A DNA stretch of 56,685 nucleotides, the filler included, from Bipalium vagum (taxonomy: Eukaryota), in assembly GCA_037834085.1 (NCBI GenBank). It is 3 parts of 3 records of this genome, joined end to end, with 100 filler letters (N's around TTAATTAATTAA, not from the genome) between each part and the next. Parts side by side here need not be neighbours in the genome. Positions count along the whole stretch, not along the records: positions 17,875 to 38,820 come from JBBMKC010241951.1; positions 38,921 to 56,685 come from JBBMKC010052512.1; 1 more part is not named here. One strand, written 5' to 3'. Positions 27,946 to 41,194 of this stretch are shown in pieces. The position numbers and the translations under genes are program-made. The stretch's first letter is position 1. Every line of letters starts with the position of its first letter. Under the pieces are notes generated by a model. It was not told where the DNA came from and did not search any database. It saw only the letters and a program-made list of their open reading frames with translations.

Positions 27946-29404
27946 TATTATTTTGATTTTTCGGAAAATAGTTGTCGTACTGAGAAGATCGTCTTGTAAT
28001 TTGCGTAGAGTTTTGTATACACAATGTGCAATAGCTGCAGATTTACTAATTTCAAAATATAATTCTACTAATTTGATACGTGTCAGAAAACCCATATCTA
28101 TATTAAATATGAATCGATTACATTAAATAAAACCCGAACATATTCAATATATATTCATGAAATTAAATCTATCAATTTTCATGTATACAATTAATATTCA
28201 AACTTTTATTTCTTTAGTGAATTATGGGTAACCAATTAATTAATTAAATTAATATCAATAGAAATTTTATTAAAATATTTTCAGTTAATAAATTTGTTTA
28301 AATATTAAATAAAAGAGTACAACTTTTCAAACATTTAATTATTTTCGTGAAATAAATATTACGTTTAATTTGGATTTAATGAGTTCAAACAGTAACGATA
28401 ATGTGACAGTAGCTGAACGAGAATAATAATAAAATAAAATAAAGAGTATAATTTTCATGAAACATTTCAAAAATATTTCTTAATAAAAATTTTATTTCTG
28501 CAAACATTGTATCAGTTTACGTGATTAAAAATCGAAAATTTTTAATTATTAAAAGAAATATAATATAATATATTATATTTCATATTTACTTACAGATTTA
28601 ATATGTTTGAAGATCACTATTCGCATACCATAGGGTAAATATTTTGGAAAAAATCAATTTATAATATAATCCAAATTAATATAAATATTTGTTTATTGTT
28701 CTAGAACAATTTCTTATTAATTTTTCAACATTTTAATTTCATTTTTCATCAATTTATGAAAATGAAATTCCACAGAAAATTCAATCAGCATTTTTATGTA
28801 ATAAACAAAGCAAATAATGTCACTTATATTAGAGTTGAATGACATTTGTTTTTAATTACAAAAAATAAAATAGTAATTTTAAAAATAAATCAATAAAAGA
28901 GAAAAATAAATATGGCCATAATAATGAAACGACTGTCTCATTAAAAACGGAAATCTTGTTTTTCGTTGAAAGAAATTATTTGAAAGAAAATGTTTAAACG
29001 AATTTTAATTTTTTTTGGGGGAGGGATGGGGTTATAAAACATAATGAGAAAATTTTTTAATTAATTAAGAAAATTTAATTTTTTTAATAAACTTAGGTAA
29101 ATAAAAGTAAATTTATTTTGAAACTTTAAAAAAAATTAAAAAGAAAATTCGGTCCAAAAGATTTTTAAATTATGAAAGAACAGATGGTAAATACCACCAA
29201 CGTGGGATATGTTGAATCATAAAATATTTGACAAAAAAGTCGCAATAGAATTTCATAATAAAATTATTAATTAATTATAAGAAATCCTTAAAAATAAATA
29301 ATAACACCCTATAAATAAAAAATGGAACATTTTTAATGTTTAATAAATAATAAATGGACCAAGCACAGAAAATAGAATGGAAACAAATAAAGAAGAAAAA
29401 ACTA

Positions 29405-29955
29405 ACTAAACCAATACTTTTTCTTCATACTTGGACTTTAATTGATGTTAATCATGAGTGGTCTTCACTTCATTCGAATAATAGTGCCGATTTCCAGCTA
29501 GTTTATTGTTGGATGACGTCAAATAAGATTTGTAATCTAAAATAAAATTTTTGTAGGTATTGTAAAGATTTCGGCCTCATTTGTTTCAGCTGTAATGGTG
29601 ATGGTTCGGTCTTTTTTAACAAATCGGATCTATGTATGTTTCTTTAACATTATTGAACCGTACAGCTGAAAATATTTCATAATCTTAGCAACCGATTTTT
29701 GATCAATTATAAAGGTATTGTTCAATTTTTTTTAAACAATTTCAGGTTAGATTTTGTCTTAATTTTGGATTGAAAACCACTTTTTTTCACTGTTATCATC
29801 ATTTTCAGTACATGATATTAGCCGGAAACAGTTGACTTGGGTATGTCTTCATCAATGAAATGCCAAGCAATAACATTTTCCCTAAATATTTTTATTGCAA
29901 ACATTTAAAATACGATTCTTGAGAGTGTGTAAATAATTTAATAATATTGACATGT
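29405..29955 (-). mobile_element. Decayed DD37E-like Tc1-related transposase, 5' part
   Basis: WHFIDEDIPKSTV..SKIKTKSNLK; NFILDYKSYLTSSNNKLAGNRHYYSNE..KSKYEEKVLV (cf. DDESYF..GN..YY..K.KF..KVLVW). The subfamily label is tentative. Confidence 0.6.
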
Positions 29956-30984
29956 TTATCTGACTTCTATATATCATTTTAAAGATCTTCATTTGCTTAA
30001 TAATTTAACATAGGTCATTTAAACAATTTGTAGACTACATTAAAGTTATTTAAGTTTTAAAAATATCCTATTTCTTATTTATAGTGTGTTAATCGATATG
30101 AAAGATTTTACTAAGACTGAAATTTGATAAGATTTTTGAGGTCAGGTTATATTGGAGAGTAAAATATTGATTTACTTTGTTGATTTATTTTGTCTTGTAA
30201 TTAAATTATTACATAATGACATTGGCATTTTGCGGAAAAAACTGTTGTGAAAAAATTTCAAAATCGGTCATAAATCAAAATTAAATAATTCATAAATATT
30301 TTTTTTGTTTTTAAGATTATTCTCAAAAATTATTCTGCTTTATTAAAATAGAAATGAATACTCAATTGTGTTCAATTATGATTTCTGGCATACGTTTCCA
30401 CTAATTGAATGTTTCCATTTTTCCGAGATTTTTGAATTTTTAATTAATGCTTTTTGGTTTTTCCAATATCAAATGGAATTATTATCTTTCCCTTGACATG
30501 AACAAGCCATTTTCAAGTTGTAAATTCATTGTTGAGAATGTTTCCATTGAATTGGCATCTGACAGTTGGATAATGAATTAATTAATTTATTAATTAACTA
30601 AAGATATTTTAATCCAATTAAAATATTTCAAACGTTTTAATAGACTACAGATTGACAAGTTTTAAATCCAAAAAAATTTTCCCTTTGTCACGATAGAATA
30701 TCAAATATATAATTGACGGGAAATATTAAATTATATTTATTTTAGTTTATGAGGAATTAGTGAAAAAAGAATATTGAATATTTTATAAATTGATTTATTT
30801 GTTGTCCAGAACATTCTCGATAAGAAAATTCATTATTTATTTTTAAAAATTTTCAATAGATTTTATACCTTTGATATCATTTTAAATGTTTTATTTTTAA
30901 GATGAGATAATTTAAAATCTTGTTATTGCATCACAGATGGATATGTTACGCATTCGCGAACTAGGAAAAATATAGTCGTGAACA

Positions 30985-31230
30985 GATAACGGGTGTTCAA
31001 TATATAATGATACTCATGTTTAAATTTAAAATTTCTTAAAAAATTTATCAAATATTTTTAAGTAAAAGAAAATGTCTAGTAAAATTTGGTATCTGTTTTT
31101 CTTCCTGGTGGCTTCAGTTCAATAGAACCATTTTCCATGATCATTTTGCACCATCGTTTGATGGTTAGAAGTAAAAAGACTTTTTATTTGAATGGGATAT
31201 TTCCATTTTGGTGCTTGTTAAAAAATATTT
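30985..31230 (-). mobile_element. Tc1/mariner-superfamily N-terminal remnant
   Basis: LTIKRWCKMIMENGSIELKPPGRK, an HTH plus GRPR-like motif. Confidence 0.45.
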
Positions 31231-31559
31231 TGTATTTCTAACGATTTCATCTCTAAAAATCTATAAAATTTAAATTTAAAAATAATCTTTTGCTTACCTG
31301 TACTACATGACAAGCCTTTCAGTTAATCCTGTCTAGATTTTGGTAAAATATAATTATTTGGTTTTACCAGACATAAAAAGGACAGTTTCATTATATGTGT
31401 GACACCCGTTAATTGTAAACATTTTAACAAATCAGTATTTATTAAATAAATTTATATAAAATATGTAAATTACGTCATTATTTTTTAATAATCTGAAAGG
31501 TAGTCAAATAAATATATTGTATTGGTAACTTTTTAAAAATACTTTATTTATCAAAATAC

Positions 31560-32180
31560 AAACAAAGGCAAAAATTTAACCGATTTTCACCGCGGACAAA
31601 TGAATTTCTTGAAATTCAATGTTGGATGGAGCTACACAAGAATCAAAAGTCATTTACAGCTCCATCGAAGCACAGTTGTGAGATGCTGACAACGATTGAG
31701 AAACAATGGCTATCTTTAACATAGTTTAAGAGGATTGTGCGGCAATATAAAATAACAGTAACTGTGTCAAAGTTACACGTTTATAACATAAGTACAAATA
31801 CGGAGTCAATTTCTGCCAAATATTTCTGCTAGCCAGTTCAAGGAAAACTAATATGAAGTGGACTATTAATTTATTCACCAAAAGTAAGACCAAAATTGAA
31901 TGACAGAATACGGAAACTATGAAACCAATCATAAGCACTGTACCATAGATGATTGGGCCAATGTGGTATTTAGTGATAAGCTCTTTTCCGTAAATACCCG
32001 CAACAGTATATTCGTCGATCTATGGGAAAAAGATATCCTGAAAGATGTCTTGGTATGTGGCAGAATGGAATTCAAGCCAACTGTGTGATTCGTGTTGCTT
32101 TCTCCATTAACACTATTTAGCACTCTGCAGAGTGCAATGTGGAACGTTGAACTCAGAGTGATATCAAATACTGCTATAAA
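31560..32180 (+). mobile_element. Decayed Tc1 transposase, 5' part
   Basis: GKNLTDFHRGQM; HKHCTIDDWANVVFSDK (cf. W..V.FSDE); FKPTV. Confidence 0.7.
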
Positions 32181-33012
32181 TATTCTCCTGCCTTCTTTAC
32201 ATATTTTACTTATGAAATATTTTACTTTATTTATATCTATCTTTAATTGATTTTCATAATTTCTTCTCCGAGAAATTAGGCTCACACATTTTTTAGTGTA
32301 AGAAAACCACTTCATGAACCGATCATTTTTTCAACTATTTCAATTTAATACAAAATTTAAACAAACATTGAAAAATTGGCGTACGAAATTAAAAGTGGCG
32401 AGAAAATCTCTGTAAGTATTTCAATCTTCTTTAAAGATATGATTTATTTAAAGTTTTACAATAATTCAATGGATTATTTTGTTTTATTGGGTAGTTCAAT
32501 GATGATTTTTATTCCGCAATTATGGTCAGAGGATCAGAGAATACAGCAGTCCATAACTGTCTAAGTTGAAACGTTAAATATATTCTGAAAATTATAATTT
32601 ATTCCAATTTTTGAAAGACTGCAGCAGAAAATCTAATTATTTCTAAAGGAATTGCTTAGACAACATTAGAAAAACTTCAAAATTGACTCAAAATAAATAT
32701 TCCACCAATTCTGTAATTTCGGAGAAAATATCTCGGGACGATAAAATTGGGATTGGCAACGAGAGAATTAAATTAACTAAAATTGTACAATTTCCGTAGT
32801 AAACTTATAATAATTAATAAAAATATTAAAAAAAGATCATTTTAATGAGAATTTACTGACGATTTCTGTGAATTAAAACAATATTTTTTAGTCATAATCA
32901 CAATAAGACAATAAAATTTCTTTCTGATAATATTATTGTTGCCTTTGAACCACCATTTTTTTATTATTTTGGATTTGTCAAATGCAACACAAAGTTTAAG
33001 AGAAACTCATCT

Positions 33013-33013
<1 letters not shown>

Positions 33014-33074
<61 letters not shown>
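33014..33074. repeat. (AAT)n microsatellite
   Basis: Perfect trinucleotide run. Confidence 0.95.
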
Positions 33075-33076
<2 letters not shown>

Positions 33077-34299
33077 TTGTGTTACAATTAAATTTAAGTA
33101 ATCATTGTGTTAAAGCTGTCTGGTCTATGTATTTTTAGTTTTTAAAATATATTAATCTTAACCAGAACTCTTAACCAACTTTGAAAATTATATTTTTTTT
33201 GTAATTTCTAAATAAAGTTCATGGTTGTTAAAAACTTATTGGTCTAAACAAATGTATTAAAACAATTATTTTTTAAACTAAATTACAAAACTTACGCCAT
33301 TTCTGAAACTTCAGGATAGCTTGGATGACCCAGTCAATACTGCCTTAACATATAATAAAGGTTTTCTGTCCATTAAATTGCGTTGATAATTGAAAGGTGA
33401 TTTATAAAAAAAGTCATTTTGGTAAATGTTAATCAAGATGTCCTAGTTTTTTGGATTTTATTGGTTTCCTGTAATTAAGAATATTTAAGAAACCAATATT
33501 AAACATTAACCTATAGGAATTTTATATATAATTTTACTGTTATAAAAATGATGATGTTAAATTTTTTATCTTATTCAGGGATGAAGACATTCTGATAAGC
33601 TTATCAAGATAGTGAAAAAAGATGTTTTTAATAATGAGAGTGATCCTTTCAACTGTATTATTTAGATCACATTTTTAATACTCGTTTTAAAAACATTTGA
33701 ACATCCTCCACGATATTGGGTACAAGTAATGGATTAATATAAATATTCCATCATTAATATTAGCATCATCTGGATATTAATCCTACGAATGCCTTATAAT
33801 CGGGTTAAGGAAAACCAATGATAATTTAATACAAACAATGAGAATGTGGAGAAATAAATAATAGCGAAAAGATAAATCTTTATTAAGTAAAAGATAAATC
33901 TTTATTTAGTAAAAGATAATGTAATATTTTAAATGAATTTTGAATTGTTACAACTTCATTCAAAGGATGAGATATTTTATCACAACAAATTGTCCTTGAT
34001 TTCAGAAAACTGGGAGTGAATAAAACTTATATTTAAGAACCTTCAATAGACAAGAGGATTGGCTCCTGAAGAAATTGTAGGAACTTTGTAATATAAAATT
34101 TTGAAAAATTGTTTGAATTAAAATTCTCATATAAAAAATTATATTATATTAAATATTATGTTTATTAATTGAAAGTGAGTCTTTTTTTACAATATTATTT
34201 TTTTATTTAATAATTAATATAAATATTAAGTACACATAAAACGAAAAAGATATTTTATACAAAATATTTTCAATTGTTATTAATAACTTTCTCCAATTT

Positions 34300-34920
34300 T
34301 TCAGAAAGCTGGTGAATTCCTCAATAAAAGAAATTAATATCGTTGGTGACTGTTAAATCAAATATCCATTATTCAAGAGAATGTGCCATAGACCGAAACA
34401 AGTGATAGTCAAGAGGTAGTATCGAAGTACCTCTAATGTTTCCTGCACTCATCTGTTGACATGTGGCCGGGCGTTGTCATGCAATAAAATTACTTTAAGC
34501 TGCCTTTTCTAATATTCTGATTCTTTTTCGAACAATGCCTGTTCAGACTTGTTAATTTCACTTGTTACTTGTCTCTTTCCATGTCTTTCACCTTGAGCGC
34601 GTGTGGTACCCATTTTCTTATTTTGTATACGTTTTCCATAAGTTTTAGAAGTCAGTTAATTGAAAATTGATAAGCATTTAATGATTTAGCAAGATCAATT
34701 TTAGCTTGGAACTTCAACAACCAATGCTCCCAGATCCTTGGCGCTCTTTATTTTCTACAATAAAATCGACCTTACAGATACGTGCTAACCATATTTTGAA
34801 AGCGGCTTTTGATAGACCATTTTTTCTGTAAGCCCCGAGAAGAATTTTCTAAGGTTTAGTTGCCGATTTGTAAAGCAAAATGAAATAACATCATTTCGTA
34901 CAAATGTTGTCTATTTGTAA
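34300..34920 (-). mobile_element. Decayed mariner
   Basis: Minus strand KWVPHAL and a QHLYEMMLF N-terminus; HDNARPH-like motif at ~34465-34485. Confidence 0.75.
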
Positions 34921-37900
34921 AAAAAAACAGCCATCTAAAAAAGGATACAAAAAAAATCTAGTTAAAGATATAAGAATATGTTTTTATAGATTATTTTTGA
35001 AAAATCCATATTAATAATAGATATATTAAGATAGTTTATTTAAACAAATCAATAAATTACTTTATAACTGCTTTTTGAAAAAGGGTCATTTTCAATGCAT
35101 ATATCTAATAAATATCTGACTTAGAATTCCTTTTAATAATGCAAAAAAATATAATAATCTTTACAATTATCTTTTTTTGGAACTTATGTGGAAATAAAAC
35201 AATAATATTTAATTAATATTGTTTGAATTTCTGTGAAATCGGTGATATCAAAAGCCATCAGATATTTCAATGAATTAAAATGATATCAGCGATCGTTGCT
35301 GAAATAGATGGTCGGCCATTGTAAATTATCCCCACAAACGGAAAACCCTTTCTAATTTTAATTTATGTTTTATTTACTCTTATTAAATAAAAAGAAATAT
35401 AAGTATGATCTCTTTATTATTTTCACAATCACAATAAACATCTACTCTCGAGTTACTTTTATACATATTGTCATGGAATTCACAGTAGTGCAAATCTTTG
35501 TTTAAAATTAATAATAAATGGTTTAAATTCTACATACCATACCTTTTGCTTCGAGTTTGAGAAACATATTCAACATTTTGAGGACATAGATGAATAAAAA
35601 CATGCTCCAATTGAGAATTTTCTATTCTCTCAAATGATCCCCTAACCTCTTTGGTGAGATAAAACTTGTTTGAACCTTTTTAATATTTATATATTTCATA
35701 AATATTTCGTGTAACGTAACAATTTTGAATATATACAAATGAATTACTGATGATGTTAAGATTTTAAGTAATGTTCAATTATGAACATATGGCCCCTGTC
35801 ATTTTGACTGACGAAAACAGCGGTGATTTATCTTTATGATAAAATTATTCTTCATTTTTACGAATAATGTGAATTTAACTCATTTGAATAAAAGAAAATC
35901 TACAAAATCTACAAAGCAAGTAGAGGGAATCTGGTTTTTTATTATTTTAAAATAAGAAAGGAAGAAAATAAGTAATATATTAAAAACAGAAAGTGCTAAT
36001 TAAAATCAGTGCTATTGTAAATATAAACTGCTCAGTTTTAAGTTTTTATAGTTAATATGAAACATTTATTATTTATATTAAATTTAATAATTTTTAAAGA
36101 ATTCAAACAAAGTGTTTAGTGTTTTCCAAATAGGTTTTTTCTCACAAAATGATAATATTTTATCAATAAATTGTACACACACCGCTTCTTTGAAATCGAA
36201 AATATTTTTTGTTGATATTGGTTTTGTGTATTTTATCAATTGTAAAATTTATGGAATGAGTTCAGTGTTACTATTTTTTTCTCATTTATAAAAATTTAAA
36301 ATAAGTTTTAATTTTAAAGATTAATTTATTTTATTAAATTTAATTTATTAAAAATCTATATTCATTTATTAATTCTTTTACAATATATTTATGATTAATA
36401 ATCGATGAATTATTTAATAATATTAAGACAAATAATAAATAATAATCTGCTTTTTTTAATTTTACAGATATTCAAAACTGAATTTAATTTGAACGTGAAA
36501 ATATGCCGAATTTCTGAATATTTTTAATGGCTTGAGATTAAATATCCCACACAGACAATTTTAATAGGACTAATAACATATTATCTAAATAAATATTTCA
36601 TATTAAAACTGAATAAGACTTTTTATTTATTTTATTGTACATAAGCCTATTTTAAGAAAAAAGAACAGAGTTTTTGTTTAAGACAAAATTACAGTTATTA
36701 ACTTGGAAATTTTTGAACAGTTGAGAAGGACATCCTTTGTAATCAATAATATTTTTGTCGAATATCTTTAAATCCCAGAGGACCTTTATTTGTCATTTTT
36801 AAACACTTTCTTATGATTTGGTTATGATAAATCTTAATATCCATCAATCTGGATGAAGTCTTGTATAAACTATTTTTAAAAATGTTAAGCAATTATAGTT
36901 TTAACTTTATTCACTGTTAATGAATTGGAGTATTTTATCCTCTGACTTCCTTATTTGTTAATTATCTAATTATATTTTTTCATTTCAGAAATTATAATAA
37001 GCTTAAGTAATGACTCATCAACAACTTGTCTACTTATTTAAACTATACATCTGCTCTCAACTTTTTATGATTAGTCGAATAAATTCTATGAAATTAATGT
37101 TACAATTTTTAATGAATAGTTTAGGATAATAAAAAAATTCCTCAACTTTTTAGTAGAATTATTAAATATCCTCCAGTGCTTTGCAGGGGACTATTTTGAT
37201 ACCAGACCGTATTTCTGGATACAAAGAACAAATATTACTTTTTCAATATTATTGAAATCTAGAAATTTATAGAAGCAGCCTCTTTATGACACGAATTTTG
37301 CAAATTGATCTTCCTGAATCCATTACTTTTCAAATTTCAATCAAAATATTTCCTGAGAAATTATGCAGGTCTTATTAATCAGTTAATGTAAATATCAAGA
37401 TACAATTTCAAGATACAAAGCACAAACGTCTAAGATAATTTTCTTTTACTGGTTTATGAATTGCTTTCCACAACTTTCGTCAATGTCGGGAATCAAGCTA
37501 ACATGGTGTACCGATACTTGGCCCATGCACCAGGTTAAAATCATCACCTGTAGCGCTTTTGTTGATGGTCTATTACCCCTTGTCTTTCAAAATATTTTGA
37601 ATAGCGTCAGCCGCACTATGATTGAATTGGAACTCTTAAAATTAGAATTCTAGAGCAAGATTAACAAATTGTTGGACGTGTTTTGCTTACCTGTTTTACA
37701 CCTATGAAAGGAAAATGAATAATTTTATCCAATAATGAAAAGAAGCGAATCAAGAAGTTTAAATTACAACATTCAAAACAAACGCAAGATGAGTTAGCCA
37801 AACTGTTTTTGCAAAAGTTCTATAAAAGTTACCTGGCTTTTCAATTTTGCTTAGGATATTAATTGATTTCAAATGCCAATATGCTTAATATTTTATATAA

Positions 37901-38249
37901 AAAATAAAAAACGCCAACACCTGAAATATTGCAGCAAATATCGTATTAAAATCATAATTTAAATGTCATGGGTGTAACAGCCTATACATAGAGACACAGC
38001 GTCACCTCAGAACACGTATTAGTGAACATTCGCAATTAAGTAGAATAGTTTTAGATAATTCTTTGAATTTTGGTGCGAAAAAAGGTAAAGTTAGCGCTGA
38101 AGAATTTCTAGTAATTATATATAACATATAATGTATAATTATTTATATTTGTCTTTGTTAAGTTTGAAATGGTTTTATTCCTAAATTTTAAAATAATTCC
38201 TATTTAAAATATTCAAATGAAATATTTCTTAGCATATTTTAAATAAAAG

Positions 38250-38650
38250 GGTTATGTTTTATAAATAGAAAATGAAACCGAAATTGAATCGATTTTTATA
38301 TAGTGCCTAAGGAATGACATGTTTGTTTTTATGTAACGGAAGCAACGCATAAAATATTCTTGTTAAGTGTCGATAATATTTGTTTAAACGATTTAGAGAA
38401 AATGAGCCGAAATTGGAAAAGAATTCAGTATAGGAGTACGTACTGAATTGAATGTATCAATCGCCCTTACAATATTTTATGAAGCCTTAAGTCATCCACC
38501 TTTTTTGTCACCTCCAATCGTTAGATTATTACTTATTCAATCATATGGATGTATTTGGAACTAATGTCTCGACCATAATGTAGTCCAGAATTGTAGTGAT
38601 CAGATTTTTGAAACCAAAGTTCCCATATTTCACCGAAACTATATCGATAA
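38250..38650 (+). mobile_element. Mariner 3' remnant
   Basis: EALSHPPF..SP..DYYLFNHMD. Confidence 0.5.
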
Positions 38651-38820
38651 ATATTTTTTTACTTATAACAGAAATATTTTCAGAATTTAAAATTTTACTT
38701 TTCAATTCTTAAGAATCTGAAATAATTTTAAACAACCTAAGATTTATTTATTTTAAGTTATCAATTTTTGTTACTGTTAATTAATTTGTTTAATGATGAA
38801 GGATTTTTAAATTATTTTGG

Positions 38821-38920
38821 NNNNNNNNNNNNNNNNNNNNNNNNNNNNNNNNNNNNNNNNNNNNTTAATTAATTAANNNNNNNNNNNNNNNNNNNNNNNN
38901 NNNNNNNNNNNNNNNNNNNN
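38821..38920. other. Artificial contig-joining spacer
   Basis: Identical N44-TTAATTAATTAA-N44. Confidence 0.95.
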
Positions 38921-39282
38921 CGATCTTTTAAATCTTTTGATATGTATTTTACGTCATGTTTCATTGCTGCTGCATCAACTCTGTTTATTGGTATTGAGTC
39001 AGGTTTAGGAATTAGGGGAACATTTAGATTTCCTGTTTCATTATAATTATTTACTATTTCTTCATAAATTTCTAATCTTTTATTAATATGCGAGCCTGGT
39101 CCCGTATATTGGTGAGTTGGATTTGTTTTATTAAAAGAATTTAAAAATTTTAAATGAAATTCACCAGGATATTTTTCTGTTGTAAATTTATTTAAAAATT
39201 TGTTGTTTGTTATAGCTGATTGAATATCTCCACCTGTTTTTATAAAGAAGGATTGATATTTTTCTAGAATATTTTTAATTTT
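38921..39282 (-). CDS. Parvovirus-type phospholipase A2 domain (PLA2X-like), partial
   Basis: Stop-free 120 codons absent from the ORF track: KTGGDIQ..YPGEFHL..HQYTGPGSHINKRL..PINRVDAAAMKHDVKYISKDLKD. Contains the YxGxG Ca2+ loop and the HDxxY catalytic motif. Confidence 0.88.
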
Positions 39283-39379
39283 TCAATGGTCATTGTTTTT
39301 TTTTTTGGTTGTTGTTTTTTTTCTCTCCTCCTCTCTCTCTCCTTTTCCCCTCTTCTCCTCTCTCCTCTAACTCTTTCTC

Positions 39380-39486
39380 TAATATATTTTCTTTATGAAT
39401 ATTTGAGTTTTCATGACGGTTTCTATTTTTTTTAAAAGAGACTTTTGACAATATATACAAAAATAATCTTCTTTATTTTGATTCAT
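39380..39486 (-). pseudogene. C2H2-type zinc-finger remnant upstream of the PLA2 domain
   Basis: MNQNKEDYFCIYCQKSL, then a frameshift in a T-homopolymer, then KNRNRHENSNIH (C-x2-C..H-x5-H). Confidence 0.5.
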
Positions 39487-39766
39487 ATTTTTTAAAGAAA
39501 AAATTTGATTTTTTATCTTTTTCAAGTTTAGTTATTTTTTACTTTTTTACTATTTTTTTTATAATTTTTTTATTTATTTTTACTTAGTTTTTTTACTTAT
39601 TCTTATTTATGTATTTTTTTTACTTATTTTTATCCTCATTTTTTAACAGAAACGAAAATCCTGCTTGCGGAATTTTCGGTACTCTTAACTACTATCCTTT
39701 AACATATCCTATTAAATATATATAATTATTCAAATCTTCTACACTATAATCTTTTTGTCCATTTAT

Positions 39767-40265
39767 TTAAAAAATATTAGCATAATGTTCAGCTTCAATT
39801 AATGATTTTGAACCTTCTGATAATATTCTTGATTTTGGCTCATTTTGTTTTGGAAAATTAATGTCATTACCAATTTTAAAAAACTCAAAAGAAATTATAT
39901 TTATTGTTGAAATATTTTTTCCATTGATGGTAATTGGTAATTCAAGATTAATACGAAAAAAGTTTTTAAAATTAACATCTTCATATTTAGAAAGCTTATC
40001 AATTTTGTTTATTGAAAATCTAATTAAAATTTTTAACCTTACCTTCATGTAAAGCAATTAAATTCTTAGTTTTATTATTTACTTTTTCATTTATTTCTGC
40101 AAGCTCTCCTTGCACATCGCCTGTGCCAGAGCCTTCGGCTAGCTTAGGTCGATCGATCGTATCTACTACTGGTTTATGAAAAGTTGTTAAATATTCTTGT
40201 AATACTCTTTGTGATTTCCGTTGATTAACTACTTTATTATTAAAATATTCTTCTAAAGCTATCAA
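39767..40265 (-). pseudogene. Frameshifted hypothetical viral ORF
   Basis: Overlapping ORFs 40020-40265 and 39767-40057 lie on the same strand as PLA2, are intronless and contain LTTFHKPVVD. No function assigned. Confidence 0.4.
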
Positions 40266-40824
40266 TTTTATTAATATTTAAATTTCATTTTTATTACAAT
40301 TACATTTATTCGTAAAAAAATTGAAAAATAGATTCCCTTCTTAAATTATTTTTATAAATTATAAATATGATGTTTAAAAAATATATATAAATGTCCCCAC
40401 TAAAATTTTATTTTTATAAAATTATTTTTTATTTTATAAAATGAATATCCAAGAATATTTCGAAGAGTACTATAAGAATTATTCACCTTAATATTCAGAA
40501 ATCAATAATGTAAAACTTATAATAAATCCTACAAGTTTCCAAGTATTAGATGAATTAAACCAAGAATTAGATAGTTCATTTGATTTAACCAACCTCAATT
40601 TCATAAGAGCTGTATATTATCAAGTAATTGTTTAGATTTCAAATAAATAATAACTGTTTTTCTCTTGAATCATTTATTGTATATTATAATTTTTTTAATG
40701 TAAATAAAAATAAAAGTATTTATGAACTTATTGAAAATATTATTAAATTTATATTTTAAAAAATAAGAAAATGTTAATCATCAACATAATATGATTTAGC
40801 AAGAAAAATAAAATTATAAAAGAA

Positions 40825-41128
40825 AATGAAGCGGGTGGAAAAATTTAGTAAATGTAGTGTTTTTAAAAATCCGGATTGATTTTATACAGGAAGAAAGTAC
40901 TGTAAAAAATTTCATGATAAAATTGTTAATTATAAGTTATATATATATATATAAGTTATAACATTCAATTTGCACAAAATGAATTACCTATTAATTCTTA
41001 TAAGCAATGTAATTATTGTAATCTTTCTAAACCTTTGTCTGAATTTAAAATTAGAAAAAAATGTAAAGAATGTAGAAATAGTGATAAAAGAAATAGACAT
41101 CAAAATTATTATTTTTCATATTTCTTAA
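40825..41128 (+). pseudogene. Viral-type CxxC zinc-finger repeat remnant
   Basis: KQCNYCNLSKPLSEFKIRKKCKECRN, preceded by a degraded copy (KCSVFKNPD*FYTGRKYCKK). Confidence 0.55.
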
Positions 41129-41147
41129 GGATAAAAAATTTATAATA

Positions 41148-41194
41148 ATGTCCCCACTACACTTTATATTTAAAAATAATTGTGGTGGGGACAT
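41148..41194. promoter_or_regulatory. 14-bp-stem hairpin in the viral block
   Basis: ATGTCCCCACTACA - 19-nt loop - TGTGGTGGGGACAT (one G:T pair). A third copy, ATGTCCCCACTA, lies at 40391-40402. Function is inferred only. Confidence 0.5.

Noticed and set aside
29405-29955. THAP zinc-finger gene
   Set aside because: Full translation fits a Tc1-related transposase N-terminus, and no C2CH pattern is present.
37180-37830. Slightly GC-richer patches with faint pogo-like peptides (also 44560-44880 and 47170-47700)
   Set aside because: Too degraded to assign to a family from sequence alone.
38921-39282. Endogenous parvovirus/densovirus VP1
   Set aside because: No NS1 or capsid body was recognised, and the linked adenain-like protease points to a Polinton-like element.
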